IMG/VR virus record: IMGVR_UViG_3300014205_000010
Span: 27,321-91,320 of that record
Length of the DNA: 64,000 bases
Direction: 5' to 3' (one strand)
Origin: a virus
Lineage: Duplodnaviria > Caudoviricetes
The position numbers and the translations under genes are program-made. The notes beneath the pieces are model-generated. The model made no database searches. It was not told the origin of the DNA and saw nothing but the letters and a program-made list of their open reading frames with translations. Below, piece after piece: positions 46,685-55,290 of the stretch (positions within the stretch are counted from its first letter, which is position 1; each line of letters opens with the position of its first letter).

Positions 46685-46782
46685 GTGGAATCCTATGCCT
46701 ATAGGGTATAGGGCTACGTAAGGCTTGATCCAAGAGGTGGGCAGTACCTAACCAGTGCTCGCCTGCCTATACGTACACGGGC

Positions 46783-47103
46783 GTGACGGGCTCATGCCAC
46801 CACCACCCAGGAGACCCTCCCTTGGATTACGTTCCCTTCAGCGAACTAGGCATCAGTCGAGGATTAGGCGATATAGCTATGCTTGATAAGGTCCATAGGG
46901 CCTTGGCTATCAGGCTCAGGATCAAGTATGGTCTGTTCATGCCTGAGCAGTTCAACTTCATCCAGACTGAGTTCAAATACACACACTCCACCGAGACTGG
47001 TGGTCGATACCAGTGGACCATGGAGCGGGTCAGCAGGATAACAGGTAATGTTGTCCAGGCAGTAGGAATCTACACCACCCTAACCTGGCCAGAGAGTAGC
47101 TGA
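46783..47103 (+). CDS. Hypothetical protein
   Basis: ORF with an internal AGGAG; start uncertain. Confidence 0.5.
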   Translation: MTGSCHHHPGDPPLDYVPFSELGISRGLGDIAMLDKVHRALAIRLRIKYGLFMPEQFNFIQTEFKYTHSTETGGRYQWTMERVSRITGNVVQAVGIYTTLTWPESS

Positions 47104-47594
47104 CCAACCGGCTCAGGTCGGCCGGCCGCTGCAGGCGATGGCCTACTATAATGACCGGCCGGCCCGGTTCTGCAGGCGATTTTGCCTCTATAAGGTGCCG
47201 GGCCAGAAATCGTCTAGAACGGGTCGGGTTCTAGTCCAGCCCATTTAGCGGCGCCGGTCAGGGCCACGTCAGGCGCGGGCCGGATGAGTCTGGCCGGGTC
47301 GATCTGGCCCAAGACCGCTTCTGGCCGGCCGTCGAGACCCGGCGGTCGAGTTCGGGAGGTGACGAACGGCCTCGAGTCCCGGTCCAGAACACTGTGACAA
47401 CGATGTCCGCCGGACCACCATTCTGGTCATCCCGTTCAGCTGACCGTGTGAGCAGGCGCCGTGTCGTTGGGTAATAGATCAACGACCGGTCGGTACGAGG
47501 TGCCACAAGACCCAGTGCGATGGCTGGGCCAATGGCCTCCGCTAGAGGAGGATGTGGAGGAGGGCCGCTGCCAGTAGCACCCAGGCTACCAGCT

Positions 47595-47732
47595 TCAGCA
47601 CGTAGGCTCCTTGTGGAGCAGGCACCGGCGTCGGCCGCAGGCGTAGCAGGAAGGTCCGAGCTTGGCCTCGTGATGGTCGAGGGTGGTGTTGATGGCGGAG
47701 AGAAGGTTCTCGATCTGGGTCAGGGTGTCCAT
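47595..47732 (-). CDS. 45-aa Cys-containing protein (below cutoff)
   Basis: GGAGAA RBS after an AGAGCGG hairpin; MDTLTQIENLLSAINTTLDHHEAKLGPSCYACGRRRCLLHKEPTC. Confidence 0.65.
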   Translation of the reverse strand: MDTLTQIENLLSAINTTLDHHEAKLGPSCYACGRRRCLLHKEPTC

Positions 47733-47751
47733 TGTGGTTCTCCAGGAGGTG

Positions 47752-47776
47752 GGAGGAGAGCCGCTCTCTCTCCTCC
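47752..47776 (-). promoter_or_regulatory. AGAGCGR-loop hairpin before RBS (copy 4)
   Basis: GGAGGAGAG-AGAGCGG-CTCTCCTCC on the - strand. Confidence 0.65.
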
Positions 47777-47788
47777 GGGCGTGGTGGG

Positions 47789-47998
47789 TTAGGCCTTGAA
47801 GGACTTGCCCTTGAGCGCTTCGCGGATGGTGTGCTCGAGGCGGGTGGCTCGGATGTGGAGGAACTTGTCCTCGCTCTCGGTGAGCTTCGTCCGGTCCATC
47901 TTCGAGATCTTGGTGACGAGCGGCTGGATGGCAGTCAGGGCCTTCGTGAGGGCTTCGACTTCGGTGGTGGGGATCGAGGTGGTGGTGTTGTCTGCCAT
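47789..47998 (-). CDS. KF..RA.R paralog family member 3
   Basis: GGAGAA RBS before ATG at 47998; DKFLHIRATRLEH. Confidence 0.8.
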   Translation of the reverse strand: MADNTTTSIPTTEVEALTKALTAIQPLVTKISKMDRTKLTESEDKFLHIRATRLEHTIREALKGKSFKA

Positions 47999-48108
47999 GG
48001 TGTGATTCTCCAAATCTGCGATCGCGCAGGCGACTGGGTGGGCGGAGTGGATGGTGGGAGCGGAGGTGGTGGGTGGTGGGATGGGCTTCTCCGTTTGTTG
48101 ATAGATTA

Positions 48109-48137
48109 ATTATACACCATCTGGAGCGGGACGTATA
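48109..48137 (-). promoter_or_regulatory. Sigma70-type promoter of the early class
   Basis: TATACG-17-TATAAT. Confidence 0.7.
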
Positions 48138-48852
48138 TAACCTGCCGAGAAAAAGTAGTAAAAACTTTGTATAGCTGGCCGGTCGTTCCTACCCAAGTCT
48201 CGTTCTGGCCCATCCTCCGTCTAGTTCTAGCGCCGTCGAGCTCCTGCGCTGGTCGAGAGCGGGCCTCCTCCACGAACGGCGCCGTTTTTCGCCCAGCGCT
48301 GTCGTCCGGTCGGGGTTGAGTCTGGTCCTTCGCCAAGTCTAGCCTGGACTCGAGCCTGGTCCGAGGGTCGGTGGCTGTGATCTACAGCCCAACGACACCG
48401 TCACCCTCCTGGTGCTCGCCGCCGGCCCGAAGCAGGCCGCCTCGCCACGGCTCTGGCACGAGACCTGGTGGTTCGTACGGCCAGCCTCACCGCTCTAGAA
48501 GTTACAACTTGGTTACAATAGTTACAACTAAGTATACAAGCTTACTATATGATGTTTCACATGAAACGTAATAAAAAGTTACAACTAAGAGAACGTTTGT
48601 ATACCATATGTACCCTGTTGAACGTTTAAGAGATTGTCGATAGTAAGAGTATGAACATCTTCACTCGCATCAACAATCGACAACGCATCAACAATCGTCT
48701 GAGCATCATTCGCATTACGCGTAAATGGCGCTAAGATTCTTACGATTCTCATACTGTTGCTATCGCTCAAACAGACGATAATAACAGTGTAAGGGTCGTA
48801 AGAGCCCTGGGCTCAACAAGTGCCACGATGCAATTCGTAAATGGAGAGAATC

Positions 48853-49119
48853 ATGGAAACGACTACGAACAACACCCTCAACGTCAACGCTGTCGAAGCG
48901 TTCGATGCTGCTACGCGCGCTGCAATCAAGAGCGCACATGCAATCGTCAAGGCAACGACGAAGGAAAAGTTGAGCGACCGTGATGACAAGTTCATCTACA
49001 TTCGCGCTATGCGCGTGATTCACTTCGGTTTGGAATCGCTTGACCGCAAGTCATACGATTCGCCAGAACAAGCCATGACGAAATCGAAGACGCTTGCGGC
49101 CATTCTCGCAAGCAAGTAA
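48853..49119 (+). CDS. KF..RA.R paralog family member 4
   Basis: GGAGAG RBS before ATG at 48853; DKFIYIRAMRVIH. Confidence 0.8.
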   Translation: METTTNNTLNVNAVEAFDAATRAAIKSAHAIVKATTKEKLSDRDDKFIYIRAMRVIHFGLESLDRKSYDSPEQAMTKSKTLAAILASK

Positions 49120-49184
49120 CGCGTAAAGCGTCCACAATGCGCGTAGGATGCCACAAACATCCTACGCGTACAGGGATAAAGGAA

Positions 49185-49355
49185 ATGCCATTAATGGCCC
49201 GTGAAGTGTCACACGCAAAGCCACAACGATACGATGCGTATACGCGTGAGAGAATCGTACGTTTCAAACCAAAGCCTATGCTTTGTCGCATATGTCATCA
49301 ACCAATCGCGAACGTTGGTAATCGAACGTTCGAAATCCTATGCAATTGTGATTAA
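49185..49355 (+). CDS. Small zinc-binding protein
   Basis: AAGGA RBS after a hairpin; CRIC...CNC. Confidence 0.5.
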   Translation: MPLMAREVSHAKPQRYDAYTRERIVRFKPKPMLCRICHQPIANVGNRTFEILCNCD

Positions 49356-49421
49356 AGCAATAGTCACAATCGTAGTCATTGCGCTAATCGTTTCACGATT
49401 CGTTTAGCGAACGTCCACTAA

Positions 49422-49465
49422 AGTGACAATGTAGTGAATACGCCATCGTTTACTACATTGTCACT
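49422..49465. repeat. 17-bp near-perfect inverted repeat
   Basis: AGTGACAATGTAGTGAA / TTTACTACATTGTCACT. Confidence 0.8.
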
Positions 49466-49864
49466 AAAAAGTTACAATAGTTACAAAATGGTTACAGAAT
49501 TATAAATGTAAAATTTTGGGACCCTGCCCAGTCGCGTCAGAAATTCCCAGGGACTTTTCGTCCCGGAAAATGACAGGGGTTTTCTCTCTGAAACTTTTTC
49601 CTATCTCACAAATTCCCAGGGGTATTTTTGACAGGGGTAATCATTCTGATCCAGGGGTATTCCAACCAGGGGTTATCGCACAGACCAGTATTGTTACCAC
49701 TAGACTCTGAACCACACACCCCGCACTCCTATCGGAGGTCCCTAAAGGACTGTAGCCTGAGGGCATAGTAAAACCCTCCTTTAGGCTGCCCTGCTCCCTC
49801 AGGATGAGGAATGTCAGTCACAAACCGCTCTCTGAACTCAATCAGGCACACATGCTTCAGCTTC

Positions 49865-50332
49865 TTACGCACGATTCATCCGCCAAGAACCGGCGCACTT
49901 GTTACAGACATAATCCTGCTTTGCAAGAAACTCACGAGCTTCGGACCGAGGCACTTCCTTGGACTCGAATGCGGTCTTATATGCATATCTCTTACAGGCA
50001 ATGCCTAGAATTCCACTGTCGGTCTGCAAATGCCAGGGCCCATTCTTAGCAATTTTCACGAAAATAAAAGGACCAGAGCACTTGTGATTTTCAAGTTGGA
50101 AAAGGGACAGATTGTCTGTAGCCGTTGATCCAGATCGCCCGCAGGTAGAGCACTTCCACCTGTACTCTGGTCTAAAGGTAACGATACCCTTATCGGTAGT
50201 AGTAACGATCCTGTCCAAGGTGGAGAGCCGGTGGCGGTACTCATACAAGGCGTCAAGAATGTCACCTCGATCGGAGATCTCGATTGAATGCTTGGCTAGT
50301 TCTGTGTCTGAGAGTTTAGATATATCAGGCAT
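49865..50332 (-). CDS. Hypothetical zinc-binding protein
   Basis: CSTCG, H..C, CNKC; AAGGA RBS. Confidence 0.65.
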   Translation of the reverse strand: MPDISKLSDTELAKHSIEISDRGDILDALYEYRHRLSTLDRIVTTTDKGIVTFRPEYRWKCSTCGRSGSTATDNLSLFQLENHKCSGPFIFVKIAKNGPWHLQTDSGILGIACKRYAYKTAFESKEVPRSEAREFLAKQDYVCNKCAGSWRMNRA

Positions 50333-50610
50333 TATTCATCCTTATGAATTGGGCAGTCGATCGTGAGCATCATATTCTGGCGTAGAAGACTGTTGTAGTA
50401 AACTCTGCATTGGCAGGTCTCTTTAACGAGTATGGTAACAGTATCAATAGCGCCCTGGTTCATAGTCGTCTGCATGACCAGTTGACCACTCAGGCGTCGT
50501 ACCTCGGCCACCAGATCTCTTACCGCCTGCGCTACGCTAGGAGAGCCGTACTCGTCAATATATTCATGGTGAGCCATTCTCTCGTATTTTTGAAGCTGTT
50601 CTTCGTTCAT
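50332..50610 (-). CDS. Hypothetical protein (paralog of 50755-51162)
   Basis: EVRRLSGQLVMQTTMNQGAIDTV...CQC...CPIH. Confidence 0.7.
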   Translation of the reverse strand: MNEEQLQKYERMAHHEYIDEYGSPSVAQAVRDLVAEVRRLSGQLVMQTTMNQGAIDTVTILVKETCQCRVYYNSLLRQNMMLTIDCPIHKDE

Positions 50611-50754
50611 TTCTTCCGCCTATTCTTGGAGTGTGATCGCCGTTTGCGACCCATGTGGAAGTGGCCTAGCCAGCAGTACCGAGGCTCTCGTCTCCAGCTG
50701 CCGCATTGGTATAGGCTGGAATTGTTTTTATTGAACCAGATTTGCGTGATCATA

Positions 50755-51162
50755 CTACCAGCCTCGGTGGATTATGCATTGGGAATTGATCGTGATCGTT
50801 TCTCCACTCTTGTTAAGATGAGACCAGCAAAGGCATTTCTCTTCAGCCAAGTGAGTCACAGTGTTAAGAGCGCCTTTTGTCATAGCTGTCTGCATAGCTA
50901 GTTCACCAGTAATCGTTGCTAGTTCGCCAGTCAGTCTTTGCACTTCGAGAGCCAGCTCCTTGGCAACATCATCCTGGTTTATCTTTTCAGTCCTTACAAG
51001 GTCATGCAGGAAGTCTAGGATATCCAGCTTCTTTTCGATGAAAGCCTCGTATTCGACTATCATTTGGACAATAAGCTTTTCGGTTTCTGATAGTTCTTCC
51101 TCTCTGTCAGTCAAAGACTGAAGATACTTGGTGATTAGCTTAAACTGCCTATTTGTCAGCAT
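50755..51162 (-). CDS. Hypothetical protein (paralog of 50332-50610)
   Basis: EVQRLTGEL...MQTAMTKGALNTV...CLC...CIIH. Confidence 0.7.
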   Translation of the reverse strand: MLTNRQFKLITKYLQSLTDREEELSETEKLIVQMIVEYEAFIEKKLDILDFLHDLVRTEKINQDDVAKELALEVQRLTGELATITGELAMQTAMTKGALNTVTHLAEEKCLCWSHLNKSGETITINSQCIIHRGW

Positions 51163-51511
51163 CGATCTTTTCCAGTACGGTTTTCATTTGCTGGTATGTA
51201 CGCCTTGAGTGAACTTCACCAGCTTCGACCCTAGCAACGAAACCTCGGATAATGTCTTCCATCTCTTTTCTGATAGCCTGCTGCTTCTCTAGGCCTGGAT
51301 TGATGAAATTGAGGATACGCCGTAGTCTGAAGTCTGAGATGGTGATGGCATGCTGTTCGCCAGTCGTCTGTTCAACGATGTGAAACGATATGCCATGAAC
51401 CTCTCTACGAAGTTCGAGAAGATAGTCGCCTTCGTCTCCCCAGATCCCGAGGCACAGTCTGCTATCTTCATCAGTCCATGGTCCTTCACCGACTTTGATT
51501 TGATCTGCCAT
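51149..51511 (-). CDS. Hypothetical protein
   Basis: AGGAGG RBS. Confidence 0.65.
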   Translation of the reverse strand: MADQIKVGEGPWTDEDSRLCLGIWGDEGDYLLELRREVHGISFHIVEQTTGEQHAITISDFRLRRILNFINPGLEKQQAIRKEMEDIIRGFVARVEAGEVHSRRTYQQMKTVLEKIDADK

Positions 51512-51720
51512 TATCTTCCTCCTTCTTTTGGATGTAATTCGTCTTTAAGAGCCTGGCCAATGATTTCAGCCCAAGTCTTATCTCGAACCTTGGCTATCAG
51601 AGTTGTGATCTCAATCTTGGTAGGTAGAGTATGAACATATGCGATAGCAATCGGAAGATCTTCGTCCTCATATGCTTCAGAATCTTCAATTCGGTATGGA
51701 TAGAGGTGATTGTCGGCCAT
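51511..51720 (-). CDS. Hypothetical protein
   Basis: AAGGA RBS. Confidence 0.6.
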   Translation of the reverse strand: MADNHLYPYRIEDSEAYEDEDLPIAIAYVHTLPTKIEITTLIAKVRDKTWAEIIGQALKDELHPKEGGR

Positions 51721-51733
51721 TATATTTGTCCTT

Positions 51734-52081
51734 TCATCGTTTTATCGCGTTTCTGTCTACTATGGTAGGAGTCAATCTTTCGATAATTTCTTTTGCCTCT
51801 CTTTCTGATAGAGCTATATGAACGTAATGAGAATCTGGTTTAGGTATACAGATGAATCCGTAACCAAGTTCATCCTTGATTTTCCTTAACTCGGCTACTC
51901 TTGCCCTATACTCCTTGTATATGTTTTCAGCTTGTTCTGTTTTAATCTTGAATCTGGCCTCCTTATTGATGTGCATTTGGCAGCCAGGCTTACCGCTTTC
52001 GAGTTTTCCTTTGGCTTGGTTTTTACACTGATGCTCTCGTGACCAAGGGCCCTTTTCTTGGACCATATACTCGCATCTCAT
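51734..52081 (-). CDS. Hypothetical protein with N-terminal C3H zinc motif
   Basis: GGAGG RBS. Confidence 0.6.
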   Translation of the reverse strand: MRCEYMVQEKGPWSREHQCKNQAKGKLESGKPGCQMHINKEARFKIKTEQAENIYKEYRARVAELRKIKDELGYGFICIPKPDSHYVHIALSEREAKEIIERLTPTIVDRNAIKR

Positions 52082-52328
52082 GGCTTGATGCCTCCATGCT
52101 CCTGGGAAAACATATAGGCATGGTTAGAACAAACTTTTCGAAGTTTATTCCATATAGAGCTTTTCCTAGTTGTTCTATAGGCTATTTCATGGGTAGCCAG
52201 GTTAGTGCAACCGTCTTCTTCACAATTATTCTCTTCTACTTCTGGTTCCAACTTTCATTTACCTCCTGGGCAATTTCGTCAAAGCATAAATCACAGGCCA
52301 TCTTTGCAAATCCCTGATCTATGAAAAC

Positions 52329-53189
52329 TCACCTGTCGGTAGACTTCAGAGGCTTGTTACACTTGCCACAAACTGCATTATTCTTTACTGCTCTTGAATC
52401 CCAGGCATCTCCCTCTTCGATTAATCCATTGACCTGGAAGAGTGATTCAACCCAGTGCGGCGTCTCGCCTCTCGCGAAGATAACGAGGCCGATGCAGCTG
52501 CCGCCTACCTTAGCTCTAGCTTCTTCCATACTCTTACCGGTAGTGTAGACATCATCCACGATCAGGGTGGTTTCGCAGCCTTCAGTTACAAAGGCTGACA
52601 TGTAAGTAGCGAGTCTGTCACCGCCCCTTGGAATAGAAACTACTTCGCCAAACTCAGCCAGAAGATACTTATGAGCTATCTTAGAGATGGCTTCGATATC
52701 AATGTCTGACAGCGCGTCGCAGTCGATTTTCATCTGGCTAGTCTTGCCGGAAGATAGCATAAATCCTCCGTAGTTGACTAGGTGAACCTGCTCATTTACT
52801 AGCTCACTCCACATGAACCTCTGTATAACTGGAAAGAGGAACGGATTATCCATGCACTCTTCGTCAGCCCAGCTCTCGAGCTCCCCTTGGAGATAATTCA
52901 CCACCAGATTCATAAGCTCTTGCCTAGTATTAGGTTTACGATAGGTGAAATTTGTCGGCGTGGTATATGGGAGAGTCTTGAGCGGCCTAATGTTCTCTTC
53001 CTGGACATCCTTCTCATCAAACAGGCCGTTAAATCTATCAATCTCAATCATCGGCTTGCCAATAATCTGATTGTAAAAGACTCGGTTAACTTCTCCTATC
53101 TCTGTCTTGTTATTTCTCTTGAAAACTACTCGGTCGCCAACAAGAATCGGCCTTTCATCTTTCCATTTCATGTGCCGCATATTACCCAT
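52329..53189 (-). CDS. Phosphoribosyltransferase (OPRTase-like) with an extra N-terminal domain
   Basis: FMLSSG..S.MKIDCD, SIPRGG, LIVDDVYTTGKSM (PRPP loop). Confidence 0.8.
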   Translation of the reverse strand: MGNMRHMKWKDERPILVGDRVVFKRNNKTEIGEVNRVFYNQIIGKPMIEIDRFNGLFDEKDVQEENIRPLKTLPYTTPTNFTYRKPNTRQELMNLVVNYLQGELESWADEECMDNPFLFPVIQRFMWSELVNEQVHLVNYGGFMLSSGKTSQMKIDCDALSDIDIEAISKIAHKYLLAEFGEVVSIPRGGDRLATYMSAFVTEGCETTLIVDDVYTTGKSMEEARAKVGGSCIGLVIFARGETPHWVESLFQVNGLIEEGDAWDSRAVKNNAVCGKCNKPLKSTDR

Positions 53190-53601
53190 CCACCTTTACG
53201 CATTGATTGCAGCTGGTAATGCTTTCTCCATCATCTTCGTCTGATGGTCCTAGAGAACCTTTCATGCGCATAAGGCCTGTCCCATGACAGGTTTGACAAT
53301 ACCTGCGATCTACTTTTACTGGCCTGATAAAATGTGTACTACTTGCAACGCTGATAGCGATTGAATCTTGATCGTATGCTCTACATATTTTCTGTAGCAA
53401 GAGAATCATTTTCATATACGCGTCGTCTGTTACCTCTAAACAGTAACAAGCGTTTTGGTATATTGAATTTGGCGCGGAGTAAAATTTGCCATGCACGTTG
53501 CCAAGGTACAAGACCTCGTCAATATCTCCACAGAGACTACTCCACCGATCTTGTGTTAACTTATTGTCAGAGTTGCCTATCTGGATAAATATAGTTTTCA
53601 T
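53182..53601 (-). CDS. Hypothetical protein with C-terminal zinc finger
   Basis: IQIGNSDNKLTQ..W; CQTCHGTG. Confidence 0.6.
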   Translation of the reverse strand: MKTIFIQIGNSDNKLTQDRWSSLCGDIDEVLYLGNVHGKFYSAPNSIYQNACYCLEVTDDAYMKMILLLQKICRAYDQDSIAISVASSTHFIRPVKVDRRYCQTCHGTGLMRMKGSLGPSDEDDGESITSCNQCVKVDG

Positions 53602-53718
53602 TTGTACAGAACCTCAATTAGTTGGATTAGCTTCCTATGCCTTTCTGAAGCTCGATGCTGGGCCCAGGCGACACTGAAATAATATCTTTCACAGGTAGCA
53701 CAATATGTCTGTTCTTTT

Positions 53719-53961
53719 TTAATCATGAACTTTTCTCCTCGCTAGATATCCTCCATGGTGTCCGACAATTTCAATACCATCTATCTCTTTGTTAAGCTGG
53801 CAAATTTGTGCTCTGAGACAACCGATGGTACTTTTGCCAGCAAATTCCATAATTTCATCAGGAGAAAATCTTGCTTCTGGTTCGCTCCAAAGTAGCTCCA
53901 AAATCAACCATCGTTTGATTGGTCTATAAGCAGTTAAACGACGGCGTACGCGAGGGTCCAT
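53719..53961 (-). CDS. Winged-helix (OmpR C-terminal-like) DNA-binding protein
   Basis: LILELL...FSPDEI...LRAQICQLNKEI...GGY. Confidence 0.6.
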   Translation of the reverse strand: MDPRVRRRLTAYRPIKRWLILELLWSEPEARFSPDEIMEFAGKSTIGCLRAQICQLNKEIDGIEIVGHHGGYLARRKVHD

Positions 53962-54290
53962 AAGCTATAGTATCCTATATATAGATAGGCAAAATCATTG
54001 CTGTCGTTCAAATCCATCGAAGGAAACCTTGAATTTTTTCTTTGCTCCACACTTTTTACATATGCCTGTGCGGTACTTTAAACCTTCTTTAGGAGTTCTA
54101 ATTTTCCAGTGATGAACACAAATTGGTGTATCTGGCATTATATTAGCCTAGACTTATAGCTGTGTCTTTTCTCGGATGTCTCTTTAATAAGTCCTGTAAG
54201 TCTTCTTCAAAATCTTTATTCCTATCTTTTGCTAGTCTGACTCTCACTTCTCCTAGCAAATTAGAGATGTAGTTGTCTCTGTTAATTTGT

Positions 54291-55001
54291 TTAGTCATGA
54301 TGCTCCTTTCTGATATGCGAATCTCTTGCATCCCATGCCTCTCGATCATCTCTACAGGCCAATACCCAATCGCAATGAGGACAGTCAGCCTTAGAGATGT
54401 CTAAATTTACTACTTTAGAATTAGGTTGGGCCATATCTTCAGTGGATCTCAATACTTCGACAAACTCCCTGACCTTTGGATCGGCTAATTTATTTCGAAG
54501 CCTAAGAGCCTGATGCCATGCATCGCTAACTGCGTAATGAGGAACCCAGTCAGGATCGTCAACTGATTCTCCAGGAAGGAAGAATCGATCGATTGTCCGA
54601 AGGTCAAGGACATCACGATACTTCCAAGGAGTACTCCTTCCAAGCGTCCGATAGGCATTGTCAAGAATGATGGTATCAAAGGTCTTGTGACACCACACTC
54701 CTTGGATCCCTCTCGAAAACGAAGATAGAATATCTAAAGCTTGTGGTAGCTTATGCCAGCCATGCTGAAGAACTTCTCTAGCCTGATCAGATTGCTTTAG
54801 CCACCACATAATTGTCTTGCCGTCAACCTTCAGTCCATGGTCCATGCAGTCTTGAAGGTCAACATTCAAGTAAAGAGTATCTTCTCCGATAGCTACTAGC
54901 GATTTTGGGTTCATATCGAATCGGACTGCTCCGATTGCTACGATAGCAGCGTTAGGATTCGATCCCATTGTCTCGAGATCGATCATTATCTGGTCTTTCA
55001 T
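54291..55001 (-). CDS. DEDDh 3'-5' exonuclease (exonuclease VIII / Rv2179c-like)
   Basis: MIDLETMG, FDTIILD, DLRTI, HYAVSDA.HQA. Confidence 0.85.
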   Translation of the reverse strand: MKDQIMIDLETMGSNPNAAIVAIGAVRFDMNPKSLVAIGEDTLYLNVDLQDCMDHGLKVDGKTIMWWLKQSDQAREVLQHGWHKLPQALDILSSFSRGIQGVWCHKTFDTIILDNAYRTLGRSTPWKYRDVLDLRTIDRFFLPGESVDDPDWVPHYAVSDAWHQALRLRNKLADPKVREFVEVLRSTEDMAQPNSKVVNLDISKADCPHCDWVLACRDDREAWDARDSHIRKEHHD

Positions 55002-55102
55002 ACTTACTCCTGTGAATTTTGTTGGCCCATGCCGCTGAAATTGGTATCCAGATTAGTGGTATAAGGATAGCGATAACGACGCTGCCTATGTTTACCAGGG
55101 CT

Positions 55103-55288
55103 TCATTCATTTTCTAACATAATAATGTCTGCCTGCAAATCTCTTTGCTGGCGTCTAGAAATGTACTTAGTACCATTTTTGGTGGTAAATGTAGTATTTC
55201 CAGAACTACTGTCTGTAAATATGCTTTCAATTTCTGAAAATCTTAGCATATAACTTTCGCTGAGCTTGAGAAAACCTTTAATCTCCAT
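55103..55288 (-). CDS. Hypothetical protein
   Basis: GAGG RBS. Confidence 0.5.
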   Translation of the reverse strand: MEIKGFLKLSESYMLRFSEIESIFTDSSSGNTTFTTKNGTKYISRRQQRDLQADIIMLENE

Positions 55289-55290
55289 GA

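Larger units (their letters stand above)
48501..49497. repeat. About 1-kb segment bracketed by GTTACAA heptamer clusters
   Basis: GTTACAA at 48501, 48512, 48521, 48578, 49471 and 49480, plus GTTACAG at 49491; 16-bp GTTACAATAGTTACAA identical at 48512 and 49471. Confidence 0.85.

Noticed and set aside
47258-48571. Several GC-rich ORFs (47258-47506, 47520-47792, 47732-48109, 48106-48336, 48371-48571)
   Set aside because: Expected by chance at high GC; they lack an RBS and overlap better-supported minus-strand genes or promoters.
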